A stretch of DNA of 64,000 bases from an uncultured Candidatus Saccharibacteria bacterium (GCA_964434775.1 CAYSWH010000005.1:2706-66705); one strand, 5' to 3'. Positions 41,819 through 52,598 are shown, numbered from the stretch's first letter. Numbers and translations: made by a program. Notes: generated from the sequence alone by a model not told the origin.

Positions 41819-43105
41819 ATGCAGGTATTTAAAGAATATAATTATGAAGAACTTCCCAAGTTACTAAAAAGACCTTTTTTAAACTATACCGAAGTTGAGA
41901 AAATCATTATCCCCATATTTGAAAAAGTCCAAGAAGAGGGTGACGAGGCGCTTTATGAATTAACGGAAAAATTTGATAGAGTAAGACCGGATTCATTGTT
42001 AGTAACCCGGGAAGAGGTTGAAGAATCCAAGATTCTTTTAGACAAAGATCTGATTAAGTCAATCCATACCGCCAAAGAAAATATCGAAAAGTACCACCAA
42101 AGTCAGGTCCAAGACCAAGGCATGGTAGAAACTTCTTCGGAAGTATTTTGTTGGAGTAAATATGTTCCTATTGAAAAAGTCGGTTTGTATGTTCCCGGAG
42201 GAACTGCCCCTCTATTTTCTACAGCCTTAATGCTGGGAATTCCGGCAAAAATTGCGAACTGTAAAGAAATTTGTTTTGTTACTCCGCCAATGAAAAACGG
42301 GAAAATACACCCGGCAACCCTCTACGCCATGAATCTTGCAGGAGCTGATAAGATTATCAAGGTCGGAGGTGCTCAAGCGATTGCTGCCTTAATCTTTGGA
42401 ACTGAAACAATTTCCGGGGTTCACAAAATTTTTGGACCGGGGAACCAGTTCGTCACCGCTGCAAAACAGCTTGCTCAAAAATACGGAGTAGCCGTTGATC
42501 TTCCGGCAGGACCTTCGGAAGTAGCAGTGTTGGCAGATAAATCAGCCAATCCGACATTTCTGGCAGCAGATCTACTTTCTCAGGCCGAACACGGCGAAGA
42601 TAGTCAAGTAATTTTGGTTTCCGACAACCTGAATATTATAATTAAAACTCTAGAACAAATAAATTTACAGATAAAAAAACTTCCCCGAAGCCAAATAGCG
42701 AGAACCTCATTGGAAAGCAGTAAAGCCTTCCTAGTCCAAAATCTGGATGAAGGAATGGATATCCTTAACCAATATGCTCCGGAACACTTAATCCTGCAAG
42801 TAGAAAATCCAAAAATAATTGCAGAAAAAGTTGTCAATGCCGGTTCTGTATTTTTGGGTCAGTATACTCCTGAATCAGCCGGAGATTATGCCAGTGGTAC
42901 AAATCATGTTTTACCTACAGGAGGTTGGGCTGCTTCTATTAGCGGTTTAAACTTAAGTAATTTCCAAAAGAGAATTAGTTTTCAGGAAATAAGCCTGACC
43001 GGATTGCAGAAGCTGGGACCTACAATAGAAAAACTGGCCGAAGCAGAAGGATTGGATGCTCACAAACAAGCTGTTACTCTCAGACTTTTACATGGCAAAT
43101 CTTAA
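41819..43105 (+). CDS. hisD: Histidinol dehydrogenase
   Basis: GLYVPGGTAPLFSTALM, GPGNQFV, SQAEHGEDSQ and GDYASGTNHVLPT motifs. Confidence 0.9.
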   Translation: MQVFKEYNYEELPKLLKRPFLNYTEVEKIIIPIFEKVQEEGDEALYELTEKFDRVRPDSLLVTREEVEESKILLDKDLIKSIHTAKENIEKYHQSQVQDQGMVETSSEVFCWSKYVPIEKVGLYVPGGTAPLFSTALMLGIPAKIANCKEICFVTPPMKNGKIHPATLYAMNLAGADKIIKVGGAQAIAALIFGTETISGVHKIFGPGNQFVTAAKQLAQKYGVAVDLPAGPSEVAVLADKSANPTFLAADLLSQAEHGEDSQVILVSDNLNIIIKTLEQINLQIKKLPRSQIARTSLESSKAFLVQNLDEGMDILNQYAPEHLILQVENPKIIAEKVVNAGSVFLGQYTPESAGDYASGTNHVLPTGGWAASISGLNLSNFQKRISFQEISLTGLQKLGPTIEKLAEAEGLDAHKQAVTLRLLHGKS

Positions 43106-43108
43106 GTT

Positions 43109-43900
43109 ATGAATTTGAAAAGTAAAAAAATTTTGATCTTTGATGTTGACGACACCTTGATTGATACTTCCAAGTCATATGACTTGGTCATAAAATCAAC
43201 GGTAAAACATTTTACAAACCAAGAACCAAACAATGAAGACCTAAACCTTATTAGAAAAGAAGGTATTAAATATGGAGTTAATAACGATTGGAACGTGACT
43301 TGGGTGTTGATTCAGTTAATCAAGAATCACTCAAAAGAGGGTTGGTCACAAATTCTAAGACAAGAAAAACTGGATAAGCCTCAACCTGATTCCTCTTTTT
43401 ACCGGGAAATAAAAGAAAAGTTCCAACAAATGTACCTGGGTAATCCGGCTTTTGGCGGTCAAGGTCTGATTGACACAGGTGAAACTCCAATGTGGCAAAC
43501 CGATTTCTTTGAAGAGTTGACCAAAAGAGGTTATCAGCTGGCCGTGGTTACTTCCAGACCGGAAAAGGAGGCTGGTCATACCCTCTATCGAGTAAATAAT
43601 TTACAAAGATTCTTGCCTGAAGAATTTATGATTTCTGCCGGAAGTTTGGATTTCAAGGGACAGTTAATTCCGGAAAAACCTTCTCCTGAACCTATTATTG
43701 AAATTCTAAGAAGAACAAAAAAGAAAGAAAATGAAGCAGTCTACATAGGAAATTCTAATAGTGATTATTTAGCAAGTAAATCAGCCGAAATAGATTTTAT
43801 TCAAGTTGGAACCAGTCAAATTACAAGAATTGAAGAGCCTGAAAATTTTGACTATCTCAAGCTAAATTCAGTGAATGATTTGCTTACAATAATAAATTAA
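43109..43900 (+). CDS. HAD-superfamily hydrolase embedded in the his cluster (candidate histidinol-phosphatase)
   Basis: Motif I ILIFDVDDTLID, VVTSRPEKEA and YIGNSNSDYLAS. Its position between hisD and hisC supports the candidate role. Confidence 0.55.
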   Translation: MNLKSKKILIFDVDDTLIDTSKSYDLVIKSTVKHFTNQEPNNEDLNLIRKEGIKYGVNNDWNVTWVLIQLIKNHSKEGWSQILRQEKLDKPQPDSSFYREIKEKFQQMYLGNPAFGGQGLIDTGETPMWQTDFFEELTKRGYQLAVVTSRPEKEAGHTLYRVNNLQRFLPEEFMISAGSLDFKGQLIPEKPSPEPIIEILRRTKKKENEAVYIGNSNSDYLASKSAEIDFIQVGTSQITRIEEPENFDYLKLNSVNDLLTIIN

Positions 43901-43960
43901 AAAGATAAAAATTAAAGCTGTTAGTGTTTACCTATTTTTCAAATCTTAATTTATACAATT

Positions 43961-45040
43961 ATGTCTAAAATATCTCTAAATAAATTAATTCGGCCAAACG
44001 TTTCCACTCTCAAACCATACTCTTCAGCCAGAGATGAATTTGACGGTCAAGGAGAGGATTACATTTTCTTGGATGCCAATGAAAACCCCTACCCCGTAGT
44101 TCAAAGTCTTTCTTTGGAGAATCTAAAATTAAATCGCTACCCGGACCCTTACCAAAACGAATTAAAAAAACAAATCGGGGAGATGCAACAAGTTGATCCC
44201 GGTAAAATCTTTATCAGTGCCGGACTTGATCAAGCCATTGAGCATTTAATCAGAGCCTTCTGTGAACCGGGAAGAGATAACATTCTTGTAAACCCCCCTA
44301 CTTTTGGTATGTATCAAGTAGCTGCAGAAATAAATGATATCCAAGTAATCAAAACACCCTTGCAATATCCAAGTTTTGATCTGGACGTAGAAGCAGTTTT
44401 GGAAAAGGTTAATGAAAACACCAAGATAATATTTATTTGTAGCCCCAATAACCCAACCGGAGATATTGTTTCCAAGGAAAAGATTCTTCAAATACTACAA
44501 AATTTTTCCGGATTGGTAGTAGTCGACGAAGCCTATATTGATTTTTGTGCCCAAGAAAGTATCTTATGCGATTTATATAGTTATCCTAACTTGCTGGTAA
44601 TGCAAACCTTTTCTAAAGCCTGGGGTCTAACCTCGGCCAGACTAGGACGAACTTTTTGCTCTCCGGAAATTGTCGGCATTTTGAATAAAGTAAAGGACCC
44701 CTATAACATTCCGTCTTTAACTATGCATGCAGGTCTAAAATCTCTGGAAAGCGAACAAAGGAAAAACCAAATAGTAGAACAATTGATAGAAGATAGAGAA
44801 AAACTTAATATCGAACTACTAAAAGTACCGGCAGTTACTAAAATATTTCCTTCCAAATCAAATTTCCTGCTAGTTCAAACAGTAAATGCCGATAAAGTTT
44901 ACGATTATCTAATTAAGGAAAAAATTGTTGTTAGAAATAGAACTACTCAGCTAAATTGTAAAAATTGTCTTAGAATTACTATAGGTACCGGAGAAGAAAA
45001 TCAAGCTTTAATTGATGCTTTAACAAAATTTGAATCTTAA
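43961..45040 (+). CDS. hisC: Histidinol-phosphate aminotransferase
   Basis: LDANENPYP, NRYPDP, SPNNPTG and the PLP-lysine context QTFSKAWGL. Confidence 0.9.
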   Translation: MSKISLNKLIRPNVSTLKPYSSARDEFDGQGEDYIFLDANENPYPVVQSLSLENLKLNRYPDPYQNELKKQIGEMQQVDPGKIFISAGLDQAIEHLIRAFCEPGRDNILVNPPTFGMYQVAAEINDIQVIKTPLQYPSFDLDVEAVLEKVNENTKIIFICSPNNPTGDIVSKEKILQILQNFSGLVVVDEAYIDFCAQESILCDLYSYPNLLVMQTFSKAWGLTSARLGRTFCSPEIVGILNKVKDPYNIPSLTMHAGLKSLESEQRKNQIVEQLIEDREKLNIELLKVPAVTKIFPSKSNFLLVQTVNADKVYDYLIKEKIVVRNRTTQLNCKNCLRITIGTGEENQALIDALTKFES

Positions 45041-45107
45041 GCTGTTAAAATTAAAATAAGACCTGTTGTTATTTACAATTATTTCAATTTATAATAAAGT
45101 ATGATAT

Positions 45108-45695
45108 ATGAGAACCGCCCAAATCAAAAGGAAAACCAAAGAAACAAATGTTATTATTAAGCTCAACCTTGACGGAAAAGGAAGGTCAAAAATCTCTTCC
45201 GGAATTCCTTTTATGGATCATATGCTTGAACAAATCTCCAGGCACGGAAATTTTGATTTGGAAATAAAAGCTGAAGGAGATCTGGTAATTGAAGCTCATC
45301 ATACCATAGAAGATTTGGCTCTAGTCTTGGGCCAGGCTTTCAAAGAAGCTTTGGGTGATAAGAAAGGAATTGAGAGGTATGGTTTTTATCTTTGCCCTCT
45401 AGATGAAGCCCTATCTCAAACGGTTCTGGACTTTTCCGGAAGGCCGTACTTGGTTTGGAAGGCCAGATATCAAAGAGAAAACATAGGGAACTGCCCCACT
45501 GAGATGTTTGAACATTTTTTTAAGTCATTTTCCGACACTGCTCAATGTAATCTACATATTAAAAGTGAGGGTAAAAACGATCACCATAAGATTGAAAGCA
45601 CCTTTAAGGCTTTTGCTCGGAGCTTAAGAATGGCCACTTCATATACTAGAGATAAAAACGAAGTTACCAGCACCAAAGGAAGTCTTAACGAATAA
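45108..45695 (+). CDS. hisB: Imidazoleglycerol-phosphate dehydratase
   Basis: RKTKETNV, GIPFMDHML, HHTIEDLALVLG and NDHHKIES motifs. Confidence 0.9.
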   Translation: MRTAQIKRKTKETNVIIKLNLDGKGRSKISSGIPFMDHMLEQISRHGNFDLEIKAEGDLVIEAHHTIEDLALVLGQAFKEALGDKKGIERYGFYLCPLDEALSQTVLDFSGRPYLVWKARYQRENIGNCPTEMFEHFFKSFSDTAQCNLHIKSEGKNDHHKIESTFKAFARSLRMATSYTRDKNEVTSTKGSLNE

Positions 45696-45754
45696 GACTT
45701 AGTATGGTTGCAAGTTTGACAGTTTTCCCATGATGGTTCAATCTAACCATAATT

Positions 45755-46396
45755 ATGACCTTTGCTGACCTTTTTAACAGGTTTAAGAAGTTTTGGCTAC
45801 TGCTAATTATCTTCCCTGTATTTATGAACTTGCTTGCTGCCCCCTTTTTGTTTCAGGAGAAATATCAAGCCCAGGTAAGCTATGGATTAAGTGTGCCGCT
45901 TACTGAAACATTGCAAGAGGAAGAAAAAGAAGAAATCAATTTTGAAAAAGAGAGAATTAAGTACGCCAACCTTTTGGAAGGAATTTCTTACTACTTGGTA
46001 AAACAATTCGCCTCCGTGCAAATCCAAACGACAATTGCTGAAATAATAGGCTTAGAAACTGCCAATTTATCCGAAAATAGCCCTTTTTACGAAGTAAAAA
46101 ATCAAGACATGGGTTACGTCAATTTGATTTATACAGGAAATAACGAAGAAGAGGTGCAAAGATTTGTCGTCGCCAGTAACGAAGGATATGAGGAAATAAT
46201 TACCAAATGGAATCAGAATCGTCCTGATGAAGCAAAAATCTCTGCTCAGGAACCTGATAGCCGAATAATCAAACTGGAACCGACCATCCAAGAATTTTTT
46301 TTCCCGACCGTCTCCGGAATTATAATCGGTTTTTCAGTTATTGTATTATTGCCTGAAAAATTAAAGATTAATCTAAAACCCAAGAAGGAAAAGTAG
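45755..46396 (+). CDS. Bitopic membrane protein (TM at both ends; Wzz-like topology), unknown function
   Basis: N-terminal and C-terminal hydrophobic helices flank a ~150-aa soluble region. The assignment is weak. Confidence 0.35.
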   Translation: MTFADLFNRFKKFWLLLIIFPVFMNLLAAPFLFQEKYQAQVSYGLSVPLTETLQEEEKEEINFEKERIKYANLLEGISYYLVKQFASVQIQTTIAEIIGLETANLSENSPFYEVKNQDMGYVNLIYTGNNEEEVQRFVVASNEGYEEIITKWNQNRPDEAKISAQEPDSRIIKLEPTIQEFFFPTVSGIIIGFSVIVLLPEKLKINLKPKKEK

Positions 46397-46406
46397 CCGA
46401 ATCCTA

Positions 46407-47534
46407 CTAAAGTCCAAAGTGTTCTTTTATCTTTAAAAAGGCCTCCTGAATTTCCAGATCACTGTAACCATCGTTTTGTAACTCCCATAGCCGACCCCAT
46501 TTGGCAGTATCTATAGCCTCCAGGATTTTCTCTCTCTTAAGTTTAGTTGTATACTGACTATTAGCTCTGTTTCTAATTTGTTCATTGGTAAAGCCCCTTT
46601 CTTTGAGACGATAGATTTGAGTCTTCTTATCCGCTTTGACCAAGAGAGTATTATTATTGGAAAAGGCAGTTATGCCGGCTTCGACAATCAAAGCACCGTT
46701 TAACAACAAGATCCCTTTTTTTCCATACATTTCACGTCGCAAACGAACCAGAAGCGGCTGATATAATATTTGATCTAACCGATCTAAAGCTTGTCTGTTA
46801 TTAAAAACAATCCTTCCTAACTCCCGCCTATCAATAGTACCGTCCCGATTCGCTATTTCTTTACCGAAATACTCGACAATTTCTTCTCGAATTAGTTTAT
46901 ATCTGGGCTCGGACAAAGTAGAAGTAATCTGATGACCGATTTTATCCATATCAATGTTATAGACCGGTATTCCGTATTGCCTGCCAATTTCAACCAAACG
47001 CTCACAAACATATGATTTACCCATGGCAATCTCACCGGTTACGCTAACCGTATACTGCCCTAAAATCTTCTCTTCCAAAGACTGTTTAACAAAAAGAGGC
47101 ACATATTCATGGATTAAGCCTTGTTCTTTGATTAAAGCTTTAATGGCCCTAGAGCTTATGTGTAGCTTGTTTTTGGAGCCAAACATAGGAGCAAACTCAA
47201 TTCCAAGTTCTTGACTGGAACTAACGTTAAACAGATCAACCTCGTCTTGAAAATCTCCATCATTTCGCATACCTCTTATAATCAAGTTGATATTCTGTTC
47301 CCAAGCATAGTCAACCAGCAAACCGCCATATGCTACAACTTCAACGTTAGATAAATGATCAACTGCCCTCCTAGTCGATTCCAACCTTTCTTCCAAGGTA
47401 AATAAGTATTCTTTATCAGGATTTTTGCCAATACCTACTATAACCGAAGTATATACATTCGCAGCCCTCTCAATGAGATCTATGTGTCCATTGGTAATTG
47501 GATCTGCCGATAAGGGGTAAAGAACTCGTGTCAT
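46407..47534 (-). CDS. coaD/coaE: Fused phosphopantetheine adenylyltransferase (CoaD) / dephospho-CoA kinase (CoaE)
   Basis: The N-terminal half has YPLSADPITNGHIDLIERA, RGMRNDGDF and ISSRAIK (CoaD). The C-terminal half has the P-loop VTGEIAMGKSYV followed by NIDMDKIGH (CoaE-like). Confidence 0.75.
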   Translation of the reverse strand: MTRVLYPLSADPITNGHIDLIERAANVYTSVIVGIGKNPDKEYLFTLEERLESTRRAVDHLSNVEVVAYGGLLVDYAWEQNINLIIRGMRNDGDFQDEVDLFNVSSSQELGIEFAPMFGSKNKLHISSRAIKALIKEQGLIHEYVPLFVKQSLEEKILGQYTVSVTGEIAMGKSYVCERLVEIGRQYGIPVYNIDMDKIGHQITSTLSEPRYKLIREEIVEYFGKEIANRDGTIDRRELGRIVFNNRQALDRLDQILYQPLLVRLRREMYGKKGILLLNGALIVEAGITAFSNNNTLLVKADKKTQIYRLKERGFTNEQIRNRANSQYTTKLKREKILEAIDTAKWGRLWELQNDGYSDLEIQEAFLKIKEHFGL

Positions 47535-47730
47535 TTCTTGTGATCTAAGTCTAGTTCAGATTTTCTGTAAAGTCAATCCTTAAGGAATGAAGTTGGAAGA
47601 CTTAAAACATCTTTACCGCAATAGTCACAAGATATGTTACTTGGTTATTAAAATACAATTTAATCGAAGCTCAGAATTGACAGGGTTAAAATAATCAAAT
47701 TTACTAAAGTAATAATCCACTTCGATATTC

Positions 47731-48633
47731 ATGCCTCAAAAAGATTTTGAGTACCGCTACATTAAGAAAGTTGACACTTATCTCAAAGAAGAGCTGGCAA
47801 GAAAGTATGGTATTCAGGAGCTGGATATTGACGATGTAGTTACGGATACTCAACTGTCTAAGCTGGAAAAGCGTCCTGATTATCTTTATGTGGCTCTGCA
47901 ATTTCCTGAGTATATCAAGACCAACAGACATTTTGTTCCCAAAGAAATTCACTGTTTTGTAAGCAATAAATTTATTTTAATCATTGATAAGCATGATTTT
48001 AAACATGTTCAGCAATTTCATAACCTGAAGGATAGCCTACTAGATTACGAACCTGATTCATTTAATGTATTTTACGAACTATTGGATTTTTGTGTTAAAA
48101 AAGAGTATAGAGTTTTAGGAAAGTTTAAAAAGGAGATTGATCAGCTCGAATCTGATATATTTGACTTCTATGACGGAAGTCGTGATTTGCTTAAAGAAAT
48201 TCTTATAGTCAAGAGAAACTTGATCAATTTTACCAGTATAATCTTCCCTCTCAAAGAGGTCATTAACGAAATACAAACCAAACACATTGCCGCTTTTGAT
48301 AAAAAAGAGGGTATTGAAGAATTGGATGACAGCCTTGATAAGATTAAAAAAATCTTGAATAACCTGGCCAACTTCAAAGAGCAGATGACTTTGCTTACTG
48401 AAACAAACGAGAGTTTAATTGCCAGAAACACTAATCAAAGCATTCGAGCATTAACAGTTATTAATTTTATCTTTATTATCCCTACGGTAATCACTAGTTT
48501 TTTTGGGATGAACGTATATTTTGGTTGGAATGAAGGTCAGTATAATTTGTTTCCGCTTATTAGCATAATAATCTTTATTGCCATTTTTACACTGATTATC
48601 TTCTTTATTATCAAAAAAAAGAAGTTTATTTGA
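47731..48633 (+). CDS. corA: CorA-family magnesium/cobalt transporter
   Basis: C-terminal FFGMNVYF (GMN motif) between two TM helices in a ~300-aa protein. Confidence 0.8.
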   Translation: MPQKDFEYRYIKKVDTYLKEELARKYGIQELDIDDVVTDTQLSKLEKRPDYLYVALQFPEYIKTNRHFVPKEIHCFVSNKFILIIDKHDFKHVQQFHNLKDSLLDYEPDSFNVFYELLDFCVKKEYRVLGKFKKEIDQLESDIFDFYDGSRDLLKEILIVKRNLINFTSIIFPLKEVINEIQTKHIAAFDKKEGIEELDDSLDKIKKILNNLANFKEQMTLLTETNESLIARNTNQSIRALTVINFIFIIPTVITSFFGMNVYFGWNEGQYNLFPLISIIIFIAIFTLIIFFIIKKKKFI

Positions 48634-51541
48634 GTTTGAGAGAATTTTTGAGGTATTGCCCGGTAAAAGAAGCGGAATCCGTAGCTACCTCTTCAGGGGT
48701 TCCGGTAGAAACAACCTCCCCTCCTTTTTCTCCACCTTCAGGCCCTAGATCAATTATCCAATCGGCAACTTTAATTACGTCCAAATTGTGTTCAATTACT
48801 AGCACTGTATTTCCTTTATCAACTAATTTCTGTAAAACTTCCAAAAGTTTTTTGACATCTAGAGGATGTAAACCGGTGGTGGGTTCGTCTAAAATATATA
48901 AAGTATTACCCGTACCGATTTTGGAAAGTTCCGTAGCCAGCTTAATCCTTTGAGCTTCACCACCGGATAGAGTAGTAGCTGATTGTCCAAGTTGAATATA
49001 GCCTAGACCAACGTCTTTGAGAGTCTGTAGTTTTCGGCTTATGTTGGAGTGATTAGCAAAAAATTCCAAGGCCTCTTCTACATTCATGGCTAGAATGTCA
49101 GCAATATTCTTTTCTTTATACTCGACTTCCAGAGTTTCTCGATTGTATCTTTTCCCTCCGCAATCTTCGCAAACCACATAAACATCAGGTAAAAAATTCA
49201 TTTCTACTTTGATATAACCATCTCCCTCACAAGTTTCACATCTCCCTCCCGGAACATTAAAACTAAATCTTCCTTGAGTATATCCTCTGGCTTTGGACTC
49301 GGGCAAAGAAGAAAACAGTTCCCGAATCGGAGTAAATAAGCTTGTATAAGTTGCCGGGTTACTTCTGGGAGTCCTTCCTATGGGGCTTTGATCAATGATT
49401 ACCGGCTTATCTATATTATCCAAACCTATTATTTCATCAAATTTACCGGTTGGTAACCTGGAATCGTAAAAATAATTCATTAATTCATTGGCAAAGATGT
49501 CATTAATTAAAGTAGATTTACCACTCCCGGAAACTCCTGTTATACAAACAAACTTTCTTAACGGGAGATCAATGGTTATCTTTTTAAGGTTGTTCTCCAC
49601 GGCATTTACGATAGTTATATATTTATCTAGATTTTTTCCGGCCTTACTTAAATTTACTTTTCTCCTCTCTTTTGGTGTTTCAATAAATTCTTTTCCCGCT
49701 AAAAACCTTCCGGTCGGTGAATTTTTATCAGTGGCAACTTTTTCCGGGTGTCCCACGGAAACTATATTTCCACCATGCTTTCCTGCCAAAGGTCCAATAT
49801 CAATCAAATAATCACTTTCTCTCATGGTCTCTTCATCGTGTTCAACTACCAAGACAGTGTTTCCTAAATCCCGAAGATGTTTAAGAGTATTCAAAAGTTT
49901 GGTGTTATCTCTCTGATGCAAACCGATAGATGGTTCGTCTAGAATGTATAGAACTCCGGTGAGTCCTGATCCGATTTGGGTGGCCAAGCGAATTCTTTGA
50001 GCTTCTCCTCCGGAAAGTGTTTGACTACTCCTGGCTAAATTAAGATAACCAAGTCCGACATCAACCAAAAAACTAAGTCTGGCAACTATTTCTTTAAGTA
50101 TCATCCTGGAAATCTCCCTATCTTTGGAAGAAAGTGGAGTGCTTTCTTTATCGTAAAGTCGGCTAAACTCTTTGGAACAATCATAGATCGGTAAATTGGA
50201 ATAATAGGCAATATTCTTGCCGGCAACGGTTACAGCCAGACTTTCCTTTTTTAGCCTGGCACCTCCACATGCATGACAAACCCTTTTGGTCATATAACTT
50301 TCAATATCCCGCCTACTAGCCTCGCTTGTAGTTTCTTTATACCTGCGATTCAAATTTGTAATTACCCCTTCAAATTTACTGTCTCCGTATAAAATAATCT
50401 TTTTCTGCTTCTCGGTAAGATTTTTCCATGGTTGGGTTAAAGAAAATCTATGCTTTTTAGCCAGGGATTCAAAAACTTTGGTTAGCCAGCCTCCGCTAAT
50501 ACTTAATCTGGATAGAGGCCTGATACAGCCTTCCGATATGGAAAGGGTTTTGTTAGGCACGATTAAATCGGGATCTATCTCGGTTATAACACCCAGTCCC
50601 GTGCAGACGGGACAGGCTCCGTGAGGCGAGTTAAAACTAAACTGTCTCGGCTCCAAATCACCGGGAGACCCATGTCCGTTTGGGCACGCCTTGTTTTTGT
50701 TAAAATGAATTTTTTGTTCCTGACCCTGCTCGTCAATCGTTAAAACAATAGCCTTACTTTTTCCAAATTTTAAAGCAGTCTCCATCGAATCAACTATTCT
50801 ACTTCGGTTTTCCTGACTTACCGAAATCCGATCTACAACAATTTCCAGGCTATGTTTATGCTGCTTGTTTAAGTCTAATTTTTCAATTTCTTCAAGAAGT
50901 ATTATTTGACCATTTACTCTCATCCTGCGAAAACCGTTCTTTTTGGCTTCCAAAACATGCTGACGATGCCAACCCTTTTGATCTTCAACCAAGGGTGCCA
51001 GTAAAATCATATTAGTACCTTTGGGCAGTTTCATTATTCGATCAATCATCCTGGTTACTGATTCGGCCTTGATTTCTGCCCCACAAACATGACAGTGTTG
51101 AATACCGATTTTTGCAAAAAGAAGTCTGAGATAATCGTATATTTCAGTAGTAGTTCCGACAGTAGATCTAGGATTATGCGAAGTTGATTTTTGATCGATA
51201 GAAATGGCCGGAGACAAACCGTCAATACTATCAACATCCGGCTTCTCCTTTAAGCCCAAAAATTGCCTGGCATATGAACTGAGGCTCTCTACATACCTTC
51301 TTTGACCTTCAGCGTAAATAGTATCGAAAACTAAACTGGATTTACCGGAGCCGGAAAGACCGGAAAAAACTACAAACTGATTTTTGGGAATAACTACAGA
51401 GACGTTATTCAGATTATGTTCTCTGGCACCTCTTACGGTAATATATTCGTGAGGGTTGGGTATAAAACCGGGGTCTTGTAAGTGGTCAGTTAAATTATAA
51501 TCAACTTCACTTTCAGAGGAAGAATTTTTTTTGCTTAGCAT
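48626..51541 (-). CDS. uvrA: Excinuclease ABC subunit A
   Basis: VRGAREHNLNNVSV, two ABC cassettes (GLSGSGKSSL and GVSGSGKSTL, LSGGEAQR twice) and zinc-finger cysteines. The protein is 971 aa. Confidence 0.95.
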   Translation of the reverse strand: MLSKKNSSSESEVDYNLTDHLQDPGFIPNPHEYITVRGAREHNLNNVSVVIPKNQFVVFSGLSGSGKSSLVFDTIYAEGQRRYVESLSSYARQFLGLKEKPDVDSIDGLSPAISIDQKSTSHNPRSTVGTTTEIYDYLRLLFAKIGIQHCHVCGAEIKAESVTRMIDRIMKLPKGTNMILLAPLVEDQKGWHRQHVLEAKKNGFRRMRVNGQIILLEEIEKLDLNKQHKHSLEIVVDRISVSQENRSRIVDSMETALKFGKSKAIVLTIDEQGQEQKIHFNKNKACPNGHGSPGDLEPRQFSFNSPHGACPVCTGLGVITEIDPDLIVPNKTLSISEGCIRPLSRLSISGGWLTKVFESLAKKHRFSLTQPWKNLTEKQKKIILYGDSKFEGVITNLNRRYKETTSEASRRDIESYMTKRVCHACGGARLKKESLAVTVAGKNIAYYSNLPIYDCSKEFSRLYDKESTPLSSKDREISRMILKEIVARLSFLVDVGLGYLNLARSSQTLSGGEAQRIRLATQIGSGLTGVLYILDEPSIGLHQRDNTKLLNTLKHLRDLGNTVLVVEHDEETMRESDYLIDIGPLAGKHGGNIVSVGHPEKVATDKNSPTGRFLAGKEFIETPKERRKVNLSKAGKNLDKYITIVNAVENNLKKITIDLPLRKFVCITGVSGSGKSTLINDIFANELMNYFYDSRLPTGKFDEIIGLDNIDKPVIIDQSPIGRTPRSNPATYTSLFTPIRELFSSLPESKARGYTQGRFSFNVPGGRCETCEGDGYIKVEMNFLPDVYVVCEDCGGKRYNRETLEVEYKEKNIADILAMNVEEALEFFANHSNISRKLQTLKDVGLGYIQLGQSATTLSGGEAQRIKLATELSKIGTGNTLYILDEPTTGLHPLDVKKLLEVLQKLVDKGNTVLVIEHNLDVIKVADWIIDLGPEGGEKGGEVVSTGTPEEVATDSASFTGQYLKNSLKLK

Positions 51542-51729
51542 CTAAAATATTTTATTTATCGTTTTTATAGACTACGATCAAGTGCATACAAATATCAGGG
51601 TTTTGTCAATTACTTAAGTGTCAAAGGAATATTGAATATTTAAGTATACCGGGTACAATTAATTATTTAAAGAAAAGTCTTATAACCGGAATTATAAAAA
51701 TTATACCCCACCCCTTTGATAATAAAAAA

Positions 51730-52593
51730 TCAAATTTCCACCGCCAAGAATCCGGCTGGTTTGTTTTTTTGGATGTCTTCTTTGACAAATAGTAAGTAGA
51801 GATCCTTTTCGGCTAAAATGTTCGTATTGCCTTCCTTGGCTATTAGAGCTCCTTTTGAAACTTTATCAAAGTTTTTGAAATCTTTTTCATACCTAAAACT
51901 ATCGGATTGAGGAATTATGGCCTTCTCAATAAGTAAATGTTTTGGCGAACAAGGATTCTTTGAGTAGTCCTGCAATTCAAATGTAGTAAGCCCTAAATAG
52001 TTCAAATATTTTTTGGTCTTGAGGAACACCTGCTCGAAGGAAGAATTGTCTTTATGCCATCCGGACTCGTAGGTAAGACCTACACCGCCTTGAGAATCAA
52101 CAAAATTATCCGTACAGGAAGCTAGGTCCAGACAATTGAGATTGGGTTTTACAGAAACAATAAACTCAGTTTCAAAGATAGTGGCCAACTCCAAATGCTT
52201 ATCTGTATTTTCCACAAAAATAAATGGGACCGAAGGTTTGATAGTGGAGTGCAAATCCAGTAAAAATTCAGCTTTTTCCAAAATAGGCAAAACCTCCCCT
52301 ACACGTCTTTGCTCCAGATTTAAAAGACTTCCGGATTTTCTGATTACCGACAAATTCTCTTGGTCAAAGAGCCTATTCATATCGGTCTCTACAAATCTAT
52401 GATTCAGTTTGTAAGCTTCCGGGTTCCCCAGGATTAAATAAAGTTCTCCTTTAAGCAAATTATCACTCAAATTTCTTTCCAGCTCTTCAATAACTCTCAC
52501 CCCAACCCTTTCGTTTCCATGCACTCCTCCCATAACCACAACAGTCGGACCTCTTTGTTTGGTAGTAAAGTGTTTGGTAAAAGAAGGCAACAT
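51730..52593 (-). CDS. Succinylglutamate desuccinylase/aspartoacylase (AstE/AspA)-family zinc hydrolase; candidate acyl-citrulline deacylase
   Basis: MGGVHGNERVG, NPEAYKLNHRFVETDMNRLF and LLDLHST motifs. It is the last gene of the arg operon. Confidence 0.65.
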   Translation of the reverse strand: MLPSFTKHFTTKQRGPTVVVMGGVHGNERVGVRVIEELERNLSDNLLKGELYLILGNPEAYKLNHRFVETDMNRLFDQENLSVIRKSGSLLNLEQRRVGEVLPILEKAEFLLDLHSTIKPSVPFIFVENTDKHLELATIFETEFIVSVKPNLNCLDLASCTDNFVDSQGGVGLTYESGWHKDNSSFEQVFLKTKKYLNYLGLTTFELQDYSKNPCSPKHLLIEKAIIPQSDSFRYEKDFKNFDKVSKGALIAKEGNTNILAEKDLYLLFVKEDIQKNKPAGFLAVEI

Positions 52594-52598
52594 AAAAA

